Shown here in pieces: positions 13,854 through 24,374 of a stretch of 64,000 nt of DNA. Origin of the DNA: Mobula hypostoma (Eukaryota); NCBI RefSeq assembly GCF_963921235.1, contig NC_086097.1, positions 10,974,001-11,038,000 of the forward strand, given 5' to 3'. Position numbers and translations under genes: made by a program. How positions within the stretch are numbered: position 1 is the stretch's first letter; every line of letters starts with the position of its first letter. The notes under the pieces are model-generated. The model was not told the origin of the DNA, searched no databases, and saw nothing but the letters and a program-made list of their open reading frames with translations.

Positions 13854-14539
13854 TAATGTAAAGGATCCTTGTTATCTAATGATTACACCTAAAATGACCT
13901 TTTCCTTAAGCATAAGTGTAATATCCAATGGGCGAAATGTTCTATCAGAAACTTTGCATGATGCCATTATGGAAAATTGTGCTTGTACACCCTACCATGA
14001 CCGGAAGTTAAACCAAGCTGAGATTCATCAATATAGGAGAATCGTTTCTCAGAAATGAGCTTTGTACATGAGACCAGTACAACTTGAGTAGATCATCTCA
14101 CTTGTCCATGTCAGGAAGGAATGTCATTTTCCTCTATCCCCTCAATCCTGTGCAATACTTTGCCTCATGGATGTCGCCACCAGTACTACAGAGCAAGAAT
14201 CTTCTCCAGGGTGGAGCTTAAACAATCGCTCATGTGGCTGCTTAACTTGTGCAGTTCACTATTAATGTCTCAGCTTGGGGATATCCCATCTAGGCAGTTG
14301 GGTCAATAAGATCTTTTCATAAAATCCGCTTAATATACTTGGCTCTGCTTTTCTAACTGGATTGGAGCAAGTTGGACATGCACCGGAAGTATGGTGACAT
14401 TTATAGATGCCTCAGAAATCCTCAGACTATGTTGATCGTTGATGTGGAATAACACCTATGAGACCTATTAAATGGCCTAGGCCTGGGGTTCATGGACTCC
14501 ATAATGGTATTGAACCATGGCATAAAGGTTGGGAACCCC

Positions 14540-14850
14540 TGACCTAGATGATGTGGAGAGGATGTTCTCTATCATGGGGGAACACGGGACCAGAGCCTCA
14601 GAATAGAAGGGTGTACATTTAGAACAGATGAAGAATTTCTTTAGCCAGAGGATTGAATCTGTGGAATTCATGGCCACAAATGGCTGTGTGGGGCCAAGTC
14701 ATTGGGTATATTTAAAGCAGAGCTTGATTAGTCTATACATCGAACGTTGTGGGGAGAAGACAAGAGAATGGGGTTGAGCAGGATAATAAATCAGTCATGA
14801 TGGAATGGTGGAGTAGACTCGAGGCTGAATGACTTAATTATGCTCATGTC
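14540..14850 (+). mobile_element. Decayed CR1 3' fragment
   Basis: DVERMFS...RNFFSQR..NLWNS-like remnant and CR1 3' UTR. Confidence 0.6.
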
Positions 14851-14960
14851 TTGCTGTTGTATTTCATTGTGTTATTTGCTGTACAGGTGACAAAGCTAAT
14901 CTGTTAAAGGCTTGAAAGAAAAGTGGTCAAAGCTCCTGTTGGGATTTGAAAACTTTCTGA

Positions 14961-15185
<225 letters not shown>

Positions 15186-16460
15186 CAAGGATGCAGTCTT
15201 GTTCAACCATACCACCAACAGCAGTGCAAGAAAAAAGTTAATCTTTAACTTTTATGAAATGCACATTTTCTTATTAAAATAGCCTGTTTTGGGGCTTACC
15301 AGGTTTTTAGTTGTTTAGGTCAGTGCCTGAAGAATAGTTTTACAAATGCCACAAAGCTAGTCCTTCACCATTGAAACATTGTTAATTTTACTATTTTGTA
15401 TTAAATCTCCCAACTTTGAGTTGAACCCAAATTGTTTTCCATGAGGATATAGAAAATTCTTCAAGAGTTGTTCTTAGAAGTGCCATTACACAAGTATATC
15501 ATCACCAAATGAACATGGATCTTTTCCTGCACTTTAGTCCTTTGAATTTGCCAACATTTGCCTCACTGTCAAAGGATTGCTTTCAACAGCTGGTCTGCTT
15601 ATGGAGCTTTAGTCTTTTGTCGAATGGTGACTTTGTTCCACTTCAGACATCTTGAAATCAGCTATAACTAATGCACAATTTAAGGATTAAATTTACTGCA
15701 AACCTGAAAACAAATTTGAATTTGGTTATTAGTATGTTGCAGATTTAATGTTTTCCACAGTTTTGAGTGATTGCAATGTTTAGTTAAGGGGTTCTCCTGG
15801 TACTCATTACTGTTTTCTCTGGATTTGACCATTTTGCAAGGCAGAATTTAAAAATACTAAAACTGAACTATTTCATAGTAATGTGGTGATAAGGATATTT
15901 TTTTGAAAATGTGCAGAGCCAAAACTGTGAGACTAATTTGGTTCTTGACAAGGCAAATGTTAATGGAAGTAAGTACTCCATTTAATGATGGGCAAGTGAC
16001 AACATGTTTGATATCTTAGATGTCTTAATTGAACTTGGTAATAATTGGAGTTTAATGATGGATTTGAATAACAGCAAATGTAGAGCGCAGAATAGAATTG
16101 TGTGTTTACCTTTGGGGAACCACTAGAGTGGGGGAGGGAGGGGAGAGAGCCTAATTCTAGGAAGCCCACTTAAACACTGGTTGAAAAAATCAGTAGTGAT
16201 CTCTGGAGCAAATAGTCCATAAAGATTGCACTTTGTTTTGGGGCATAACTGAACGCTCAAAGCATATGTATTCCCTTTAAAATTGGGATGGATAGCTGTT
16301 GTAAATGTATGATATTGTAAATGCAATGAGGATTTGCTGTGTAAAATTGTTTAAAAATGTTAATAAGTTGTACAAACTTTTTAATATGCAGTCTAATTAG
16401 TCATTAAAGTGTATTTAAGCTGGTTTTAATAAAAATAAATGTAAGTAGCCTGAGACTCTT
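15186..16460 (+). other. SEL1L: Probable SEL1L 3' UTR (~1.25 kb, AU-rich, no obvious transposon)
   Basis: Repeat-free AT-rich sequence from the stop codon to tandem AATAAA signals; the 3' end is inferred. Confidence 0.65.
16428..16439 (+). terminator. Tandem polyadenylation signals AATAAA-AATAAA
   Basis: AATAAA at 16428-16433 and 16434-16439, with TGTA motifs upstream. Confidence 0.65.
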
Positions 16461-16924
16461 CATTTCTACATTAAGTGCTCTGTACATTTAACACTGAACA
16501 ATGGGACCCTAATTGAACTGGACAAGGTGCCAGTATCCTCTTCAAGTTGTCAATCTGACCTGTTAAGAGGATGAACTGGGAAAGTCAAATTCTCCTTCCT
16601 GTCATCCAACTCATCATTATTTGTGATGCAGTCTACTATAGTGCTATCATCAAGAAAACTTCTAAATGGAGTTAGGAGTGTAAGCAATGGAAGATTCTAG
16701 AATACTAGAAGGAAGGTGATGAGTAGAACCAAATAAGAAAGGATGATGGTCAAATTAAACCAATGGGCTAGGGGATGGTGGCCCAATGATTTAAGTGTGT
16801 GGGTGATGGGCAGATGGAACAAGATGGAGAGGGAAAAAAACCGGTAACTTGGTGCTGGGTGGCAGAGTTTGGAAAGGAGAGGGTTGAGAGAACCTGCGTG
16901 GATCAGAAGAGTGAAATTAACATC

Positions 16925-18600
16925 TGATGTGATGCAGCTATGTCTACAAGAGCCTCTGCAATTTCTTTCCTAGCCTCCCATAAGGTCTGGGGATGCACTT
17001 TATCAGGTCCTAGGGAATTGCCCACCGTAATTGAGCTCAGGGCCGCAAATACCTCCTGCTTCTTAATATGTATATGATCCAAGACCTCACTACTTAACAC
17101 CTCCATTCCTTTGTCATCCATAATATCCTTTGTAAACACAGTGGAAATAGGCATTAAAAATCATAACCATCCCCCGTAGCTCCACACACAAGCAGCCCTG
17201 ATAGTTTTTAAGAAGACCCAGTCTCCCTAGTCATTATTTTACTCGTAATGTAACTGAAAACCTCTTGGGATTATCGTTAACCATGCCTAACAAATTTGTC
17301 TTGTATTCCAACACTCACAACACACGGGAGGAACTCAGCAGGTCAGGCAGCATCCGTGGAAAAGACTGGTCGATGTTTCGGACCGGAACCCTTTGTCAGG
17401 AGGAAGGGTTCCGGCCTGAAACGTCGTCCGATCTTTTCCACAGATGCCTGACCTGCTGAGTTCCTCCAGCGTGTTGTGAGTGTTGCTTTGAACCCAGCAT
17501 CTGCAGTTTATTTTGTGTTTACTGTCTTGTATTCCCGTTTTGCCATTCTGGTTTCCAATTAAAGCCTCATCTTAAGGCTTTTTTTTAATATTTGTTGAGA
17601 ATTCATTCATACTCAGCTGCTTGAAAATGTACACCAGCTTCTTTTTACTTACCAGAGCGTCAGTGTCTCTCGGCAGCCAGGGTTCCCTGAACTCAGTATG
17701 TCCACCCTTCAACCTAACAGGAATATGTGGGCCTTTTGAAAGTTTTTACTTGCCTACTGTTCCTTTGCCTTTAAATAGAATCAGCCAGTCATCTCAGCTG
17801 GATTCTGCCTAATGCCCTGCACCAGTGGAGAACTTGAATCTGTAGACCAGTTCGACCTTATTCCATAACTATTCAAAAACTAAAATTCAGAGTACATATA
17901 TGTCACCATATGCACCCCTGAGATTTATTTTTGGGCAGGCAATCAGTAAATAGAAAGAAACACAATAGAATCAATGAAACACCACACATGACAAATGGGC
18001 AAACAACCAATGTGCAAAAGACAACAGATTGTGTAAATACAAATAAAAAATAAAAATAAATTAATCAGGAATGTGTATAAAGTACATAAGTTGATTAGAA
18101 TTGTGGTCACTGGACCCAGGGTTTTCCCAACGGCCACTTCAGTTCACCTCCTCTCTGAGAGGAGGTACAGTATTGCAGTTACTCTATATATTGCATGAGG
18201 AAGCTTCTTGGATACCATAAAAGCTCCAGCTTTCCAGACCCTTTGCAGTCAGTTGGTCCAGTCAATGCTGTGATCAGTGAAAATTCCCACTAACACTCCC
18301 TACTATTCTCATTATATTTTTACCTAAATGGCTTTGCTAGCTAATCCCTCGAGAATATCATCTCGAAGTACTGCTAGTATGTCGTCCCTAATAAAATAGT
18401 AGCTTTCAGTCCACTTTGTATGTTCCTTGGTCACACCTGAACCATTGGTATCCCAGGACATTGAGCTGCCAGTCTTGCCCTTCTCTCAGCCATGTTTCTC
18501 TTAGATTGGCCGCTACGTCCCAGTCCTAAGTGACAATCCACTCCTTCAGTTTATGCACCCTATGTTCGAAGATCTTTGTATATGTTGTCTTGAACTGTTC
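16925..18600 (-). mobile_element. Heavily decayed CR1 ORF2 (endonuclease/linker), interrupted by younger inserts
   Basis: ORF 16903..17154 reads STVFTKD...SLGPDKVHPQTLWEARKEIAEAL; GQDWQLNVLG-like remnant near 18450-18490. Confidence 0.6.
17310..17522. mobile_element. Penelope-derived fold-back mini-element (two head-to-head hammerhead-bearing arms)
   Basis: Arms ~17310-17395 and ~17403-17485 are inverted; 13 bp TSD TGTCTTGTATTCC at 17297-17309 and 17523-17535. Confidence 0.9.
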
Positions 18601-19448
18601 CCTCTCAACTGGACTCACTTTTAAGGACTCTTCATCTCGATATGTTCTCAATACGTATTGCTTATATATTTATTATTATTTCTGTTTGTATTTGCAGAGT
18701 TTGTTGTCTTCTGCACTCGGGTTGAATGCCCTGGCTGGGCGGTCTTTCATTGATTCTGTTATGGTTATTATTCTATAGATTTATTGAGTATGCCCACAAG
18801 AAAATGAACCTTGGGTGACATATATGTAGTTTGCTAATAAATTTACTTTGAACTTTACCAATCTACTTTGTATCTTATTTGGTAATGCATAAAGTACTCA
18901 TATTTACAAGTCTTGCACCATCTTTCCCTTTGTTAACAGAGCTTGGAATAACTACAGAATCTAATCTAATACTCAGAGGAGTGTTAAACTGTTAGGTACA
19001 AACTATCAAATCAAAACATCATAACGTTTGGTTTGTATTATCAGTGTAAGTGGGCTTAGAGCTGATTTATATTGTTGCCCCAGTCAAGAGGAATCAAACT
19101 GCCATGTTTCATCACATCGTTAATTCAAACAGATTACTTAATTATATTTGTTTTGCAATATATCAGACAGTTGTTTCTTGTTAGCTAACTGATTTTTTCG
19201 GTTTCTAGTAAATGATATTTATAAGTGAATACATTTGTTTGAAAAGAGATGTTCAGTTCAGTTATTACATCAAAGTGCATTCAGCTTTGGTATGTGGTCT
19301 TAAGCAACATTAATGCTAAGAGTTGATAATTTATCAAATGGATTTGCATTCTAAATGTACTATGGATATCAAGATAAATCCAGAGAGTTAATCCCGTAAA
19401 CCCCTTTGAAGGTGTTTGTTTGTTGATAAATTCACCTGAATTATCAAC

Positions 19449-19860
19449 AGAATCAGAATCGGGTTTAATTTCATTGGCATGTAAGAAGTGTGTGTGTGTA
19501 TATATAGTTAAATTAAATGAGTGGTGCAAAAAGAGAGTTGGTGGGTTCATTGTCCATTCAGAAATTGGATGGCAGAGGGGAAGAAGCTGTTCCTGAATCA
19601 TTAAGTATGTGTTTTCAGGTTCCTGTACCTCCTCTCTAATAGTAGCAATGAGAGGAAGCCATGCCCTGAGTGATGGGGATGATGGATGCTATCGTTTTGA
19701 GGCATCGCTCCTTGAAGATATCCTGGATGCTGGGGAGGCAGGTGCCCATGATGGAGCTGACTGAGTTCACAACTTTTTGCAGCCTGTTTCAATCCTGTGC
19801 AGTAGCCCCCCTCCCCTGCTGTGATTCAGCCTGTCAAAATGTTCTCCACAGTACCGTTTG
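19449..19860 (-). mobile_element. Rex1/Babar-like LINE 3' fragment
   Basis: (AGAATC)n tail and FSLLLLERRYRNLKTHT remnant; similar pieces at ~5517-5750, 41222-41400, 42190-42545 and 48055-48690. Confidence 0.6.
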
Positions 19861-19944
19861 CTGCAGTGGCCAAGGGGAATCAAACTGCCATGTTTTACCA
19901 CATTGTTAATTCAAAGAGATTACTTAATTCTGTTTATGATTATA

Positions 19945-20356
19945 ACCATATAACCATATAGCAATTACAGCACGGAAACAGGCCATCTTGGCCCTTCTAG
20001 TCTGTGCCGAACTCTTAGTCACCTCGTCCCACCAACCTGCACTCAACCCATAACCCTCATTCCTTTCCTGTCCATATATCTATCCAATTTAACTTTAAAT
20101 AACAACATCGAACCTGCCTCAACCACTTCTGCTGGAAGCTCATTCCACACAGCTACCACTCTCTGAGTAAAGAAGTTCCCCCTCATGTTATCCCCAAACT
20201 TTTGCCCTTTAACTCTCAACTCATGTCCTCTTGTTAGAATCTCCCGCACTCTCAATGGAAAAAGCCTATCCATGCCAACTCTATCTATCCCCCTCATAAT
20301 TTTAGATACCTCTATCAAGTCCCCCCAACCTTCTACATTCCAAAGAATAAAGACCC
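19945..20356 (-). mobile_element. CR1 3' fragment
   Basis: ORF 20043..20318 reads IEVSKIMRGIDRV...NFFTQRVVAVWNELP; (ATAACCAT) tail repeats; near-TSD ATTATAA(C/T)CATAT at ~19939 and ~20357. Confidence 0.85.
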
Positions 20357-20729
20357 AATTATAATCATATTTGTTTTGCTGTATATTAGCCAGTTGTTGC
20401 TTGAGCTGTTTTTTTTACTTGTAACTGCAGAAGAAACATGCTATTCCAAGAATATAGAACATAGAACACTATAGCACAGTATGGGCCCTTTAGCCCATGA
20501 TGTTGTGGTGACCTATACAAACCTACTCCACAATCAACCTAACCCTTCCCTCTTGCAGAGCCCGTAATCCTCCATCTGTACATCCATGTGCTAATCTAAG
20601 AGTCTTTTAAATGTCCCTATTAGATCAACCTTGACCACCACCCTGGCAGTGTGTTCCAGGCACCCACCACTCTCTGTGTAAAAAAAAACTCTCCCTTAAA
20701 ATTTTCTCCGCTCAATTTTATTGTTCTAT

Positions 20730-20995
20730 TGAGATTGGATTGAGCGGAACAGGCCCTTCTGGCCTATCGAGCCACACCACCGGGCAATCCCCCGATTTAA
20801 TCCTAGCTAATCACAGGGCAATTTACAATGACCAATTAACCTATCAATCAGTCCGTCTTTGGACTGTGGGAGGAAACTGGAGCACCCGGAGGAAACCCAC
20901 AATGTCACGGGGAGAACGTACAATCTCCTTCCAGTCAGCGGTAGGAACTGGACCCGGGTCACTTGTGCTATAAAGTGTTGTGCTAACCACGATGC
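20730..20995 (-). mobile_element. V-SINE copy
   Basis: V-domain GGGTTTCCTCCGGGTGCTCCAGTTTCCTCCCACAGTCCAAAGAC on the minus strand. Confidence 0.75.
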
Positions 20996-21096
20996 TGAGG
21001 TGCAACTTAAACATGATTTCGATTGTATTGGTCTCTGCTGCTGTGAGGGCTTGCTGTACACCTTAACTATGCCTCTCATAAGCTTATACACTTCTA

Positions 21097-21495
21097 TCAA
21101 GCAACACACATCAAAGTTGCTGGTAAACGCAGCAGGCCGGGCAGCATCTCTAGGAAGAGGTACAGTTGACATTTCAGGCCGAGACCCTTCGTCAGGACTA
21201 ACTGAAAGAAGAGTAGTAACAGATTTGAAAGGGGGAGGGGGAGGGGGAGATCCAAAATGATAGGAGAAGACAGGAGGGGGAGGGATGGAGCCACGAGCTG
21301 GACAGGTGATTGGCAAAAGGGATACTAGAGGATCATAGGACAGGAGGCCCAGGGAGAAGGAAAAGGGGGAGGGGGGGAAACCCAGAGGATGGGCAAGGGG
21401 TATAGTCAGAGGGACAGAGGGAGAAAAAGGAGAGAGAGAGAAAGAATGTGTGTATATAAATAAATAGTGGATGGGGTACGAGGGGGAGGTGGGAG
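21097..21495 (-). mobile_element. Penelope-like 3' UTR/terminal repeat with hammerhead motif (21165-21198), inserted in a CR1 fragment
   Basis: Near-identical reverse complement of ~31258-31630; hammerhead reads GTC-CTGACGA...GAAATGTC. Confidence 0.85.
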
Positions 21496-21667
21496 TTGTG
21501 TTTCATCCTCTCTCACTCCAAGAGAAAAGCAGTAGATGTTCAGCCTATCTTCATAATACGTTTCTCTAATCCTGGCAGCATCCTGGTAAATCTCCTCTAC
21601 TCGCTCTCTAAAGCTTCCACATCTTCCTATAAAGAGGTAACAACAACTGACTCATATTCCAGTGATA

Positions 21668-21955
21668 ACGGTAACATAGCAGTTAGCACGACACTAATAC
21701 AGCTGCGGGGGGGGGGGGGTCAGAATTCAGAGTTCAGTACTGGTGTCCCTGTAAGGAGTCTCCGTACTTCCTCCCCATGGAATGCGTGGGTTTTCTCCAG
21801 GTCCTCTGGTTTCCTCCCACAGTCCAGGGACATACTGGGTAGGTTAGCTGCTCATTGTAAATTGTCCCATGACTAGATTAGGGTTGAATCGGGGTTGTCA
21901 GGGACTGCTACGCAGCGCAGCCAGAAGGGCCTATTCCGCGCTGTATCTCAAAGTA
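21668..21955 (+). mobile_element. V-SINE copy
   Basis: tRNA-like head (TAGCAGTTAGCACGAC) and V-domain TGCGTGGGTTTTCTCCAGG..GGTTTCCTCCCACAGTCCA. Confidence 0.7.
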
Positions 21956-21959
21956 AATT

Positions 21960-22156
21960 GCTGTTCCTTTTCACACCTTGTGACGCATCTGGTGGCATTT
22001 TTTGCTGCTCCTTGGCGTTTGTCTGTTTTTCACGAGACCGAGTTGCTAGCTCGACGCTCAACCCAGCATGGGTGGAAAGCAAGGGGTCGGCCGGATTCGA
22101 ACAAGGGACCACTTGCCTCAAAGTCCAGTGCTGATGCCACTGCACCACTGGCTGGC
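21960..22156 (-). mobile_element. tRNA-derived SINE (~195 bp) with intact Pol III boxes
   Basis: On the minus strand, A box TGGTGCAGTGG (22137-22147) and B box GTTCGAATCC (22093-22102); body differs from the V-SINEs. Confidence 0.7.
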
Positions 22157-22253
22157 ATCCAAATAACTAAATAAACAATATTCATTTACTCAAAATACTG
22201 TTGTCTCTCCACCTATCAGTCAGCAGATAACTGGGAAAGGAGATTGTAATCTC

Positions 22254-23748
22254 GTTAGATTCTGGACTAGTTCCTGAGGATTGGAGGGTGGCTAATGTAA
22301 CCCCACTTTTTAAAAAAGGAGGGAGAGAGAAACCGGGGAATTATAGACCGGTTAGCCTAACGTCGGTGGTGGGGAAACTGCTGGAGTCAGTTATCAAGGA
22401 TGTGATAACAGCACATTTGGAAAGCGGTGAAATGATCGGACAAAGTCAGCATGGATTTGTGAAAGGAAAATCATGTCTGACGAATCTCATAGAATTTTTT
22501 GAGGATGTAACTAGTAGAGTGGATAGGGGAGAACCAGTGGATGTGGTATATTTGGATTTTCAAAAGGCTTTTGACAAGGTCCCACACAGGAGATTAGTGT
22601 GCAAACTTAAAGCACACGGTATTGGGGGTAAGGTATTGGTGTGGGTGGAGAATTGGTTAGCAGACAGGAAGCAAAGAGTGGGAATAAACGGGACCTTTTC
22701 AGAATGGCAGGCGGTGACTAGTGGGGTACCGCAAGGCTCAGTGCTGGGACCCCAGTTGTTTACAATATATATTAATGACTTGGATGAGGGAATTAAGTGC
22801 AGCATCTCCAAGTTTGCGGATGACACGAAGCTGGGTGGCAGTGTTAGCAGGGAGGAGGATGCTAAGAGGATGCAGGGTGACTTGGATAGGTTGGGTGAGT
22901 GGGCAAATTCATGGCAGATGCAATTTAATGTGGATAAATGTGAAGTTATCCACTTTGGTGGCAAAAATAGGAAAGCAGATTATTATCTGAATGGTGGCCG
23001 ATTAGGAAAAGGGGAGGTGCAACGAGACCTGGGTGTCATTATACACCAGTCATTGAAAGTGGGCATGCAGGTACAGCAGGCGGTGAAAAAGGCGAATGGT
23101 ATGCTGGCATTTATAGCGAGAGGATTCGAGTACAGGAGCAGGGAGGTACTACTGCAGTTGTACAAGGCCTTGGTGAGACCATACCTGGAATATTGTGTGC
23201 AGTTTTGGTCCCCTAATCTGAGGAAAAACATCTTTGCCATAGAGGGAGTACAAAGAAGGTTCACCAGATTGATTCCTGGGATGGCAGGACTGTCATATGA
23301 AGAAAGACGGGATGAACTGGGCTTGTACTCGTTGGAATTTAGAAGATTGAGGGGGGATCTGATTGAAACGTATAAGATCCTAAAGGGATTGGACAGGCTA
23401 GATGCAGGAAGATTGTTCCCGATGTTGGGGAAGTCCAGAATGAGGGGTCACAGTTTGAGGATAGAGGGGAAGCCTTTTAGGACCGAGATAGGAAAAACTT
23501 CTTCACACAGAGAGTGGTGAATCTGTGGAATTCTCTGCCACAGGAGACTGTTGAGGCCAGTTCATTGGCTATGTTTAAGAGAGAGTTAGATATGGCCCTT
23601 GTGGCTACGGGGGTCAGGGGGTATGGAGGGAAGGCTGGGGCGGGGTTCTGAGTTGGATGATCAGCCATGATCATAATAAATGGCGGTGCAGGCTCGAAGG
23701 GCCGAATGGCCTACTCCTGCACCTATTTTCTATGTTTCTATGTTTCTA
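22254..23748 (+). mobile_element. Young 5'-truncated CR1 LINE
   Basis: 9 bp TSD TGTAATCTC at 22245-22253 and 23749-23757; (TTTCTATG)n tail; uninterrupted 410-aa RT frame. Confidence 0.95.
22288..23520 (+). pseudogene. CR1 ORF2 reverse transcriptase domain (5'-truncated, 1-bp frameshift near 23490)
   Basis: NYRPVSLTS, YLDFQKAFDKVPH, GVPQGSVLGP and KFADD motifs; no endonuclease domain or native start. Confidence 0.93.
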
Positions 23749-24374
23749 TGTAATCTCTAATAGCATTTATCTTCCATCGGGGGATCTAAAGATCAAGTTC
23801 TTCACACAAAGAGATGTGGGTATATGGAACAGGCTGGCAGAGCAAGTGGTAGAGGCAGATACAATTTTAACATTTAAAATGACCTGAGCTCTCTGCCACC
23901 ACCCAGGTGTCATCACGTATGAAGTGCCAGTAGCATTATACTGTTTACTTTTTAACATTTGTTTTTTTTTGTGATAATATTACTTTATGTGTTGTGTGTT
24001 AGTTATATGTACTGTGTTGTGCACCTTGGACTGGGGTAATGTTTCGTTTGGCAGTGTACATGTATACAACTGAATGCCAATAAACTGAGTTGAACTTAAA
24101 TATTTAGACAGCTACTTGGATGGGAACGGTTTAGAGTGATATGGACCAAATACAGGCAAAATGGGATAACTCAGGATTAATCCTGATCAGCAATGACAAG
24201 TTGAGCCAAAGGGCCTGTTTCTGAGTTATATTATTCTATGGTCCTCCAAGAGGACCACAACCATGTCATAGGATTTGGAGGCTTTATGAGTCAGGGCTTT
24301 ATGCTTTGGCTCTTAGTAAGGTCACCAAGGACAAAAAGGTCAAAGGGTAGATGCTAGATTAAGAGTGGCCCACT

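Noticed and set aside
14478..14542. hAT-like end GTTGGGAACCCCTG
   Set aside because: Only one clear TIR and no convincing 8 bp TSD.
22560..23264. Antisense ORFs over CR1 RT (also 37262-38016, 51521-51919, 57851-58129)
   Set aside because: Shadow frames opposite LINE coding sequence, with no independent support.
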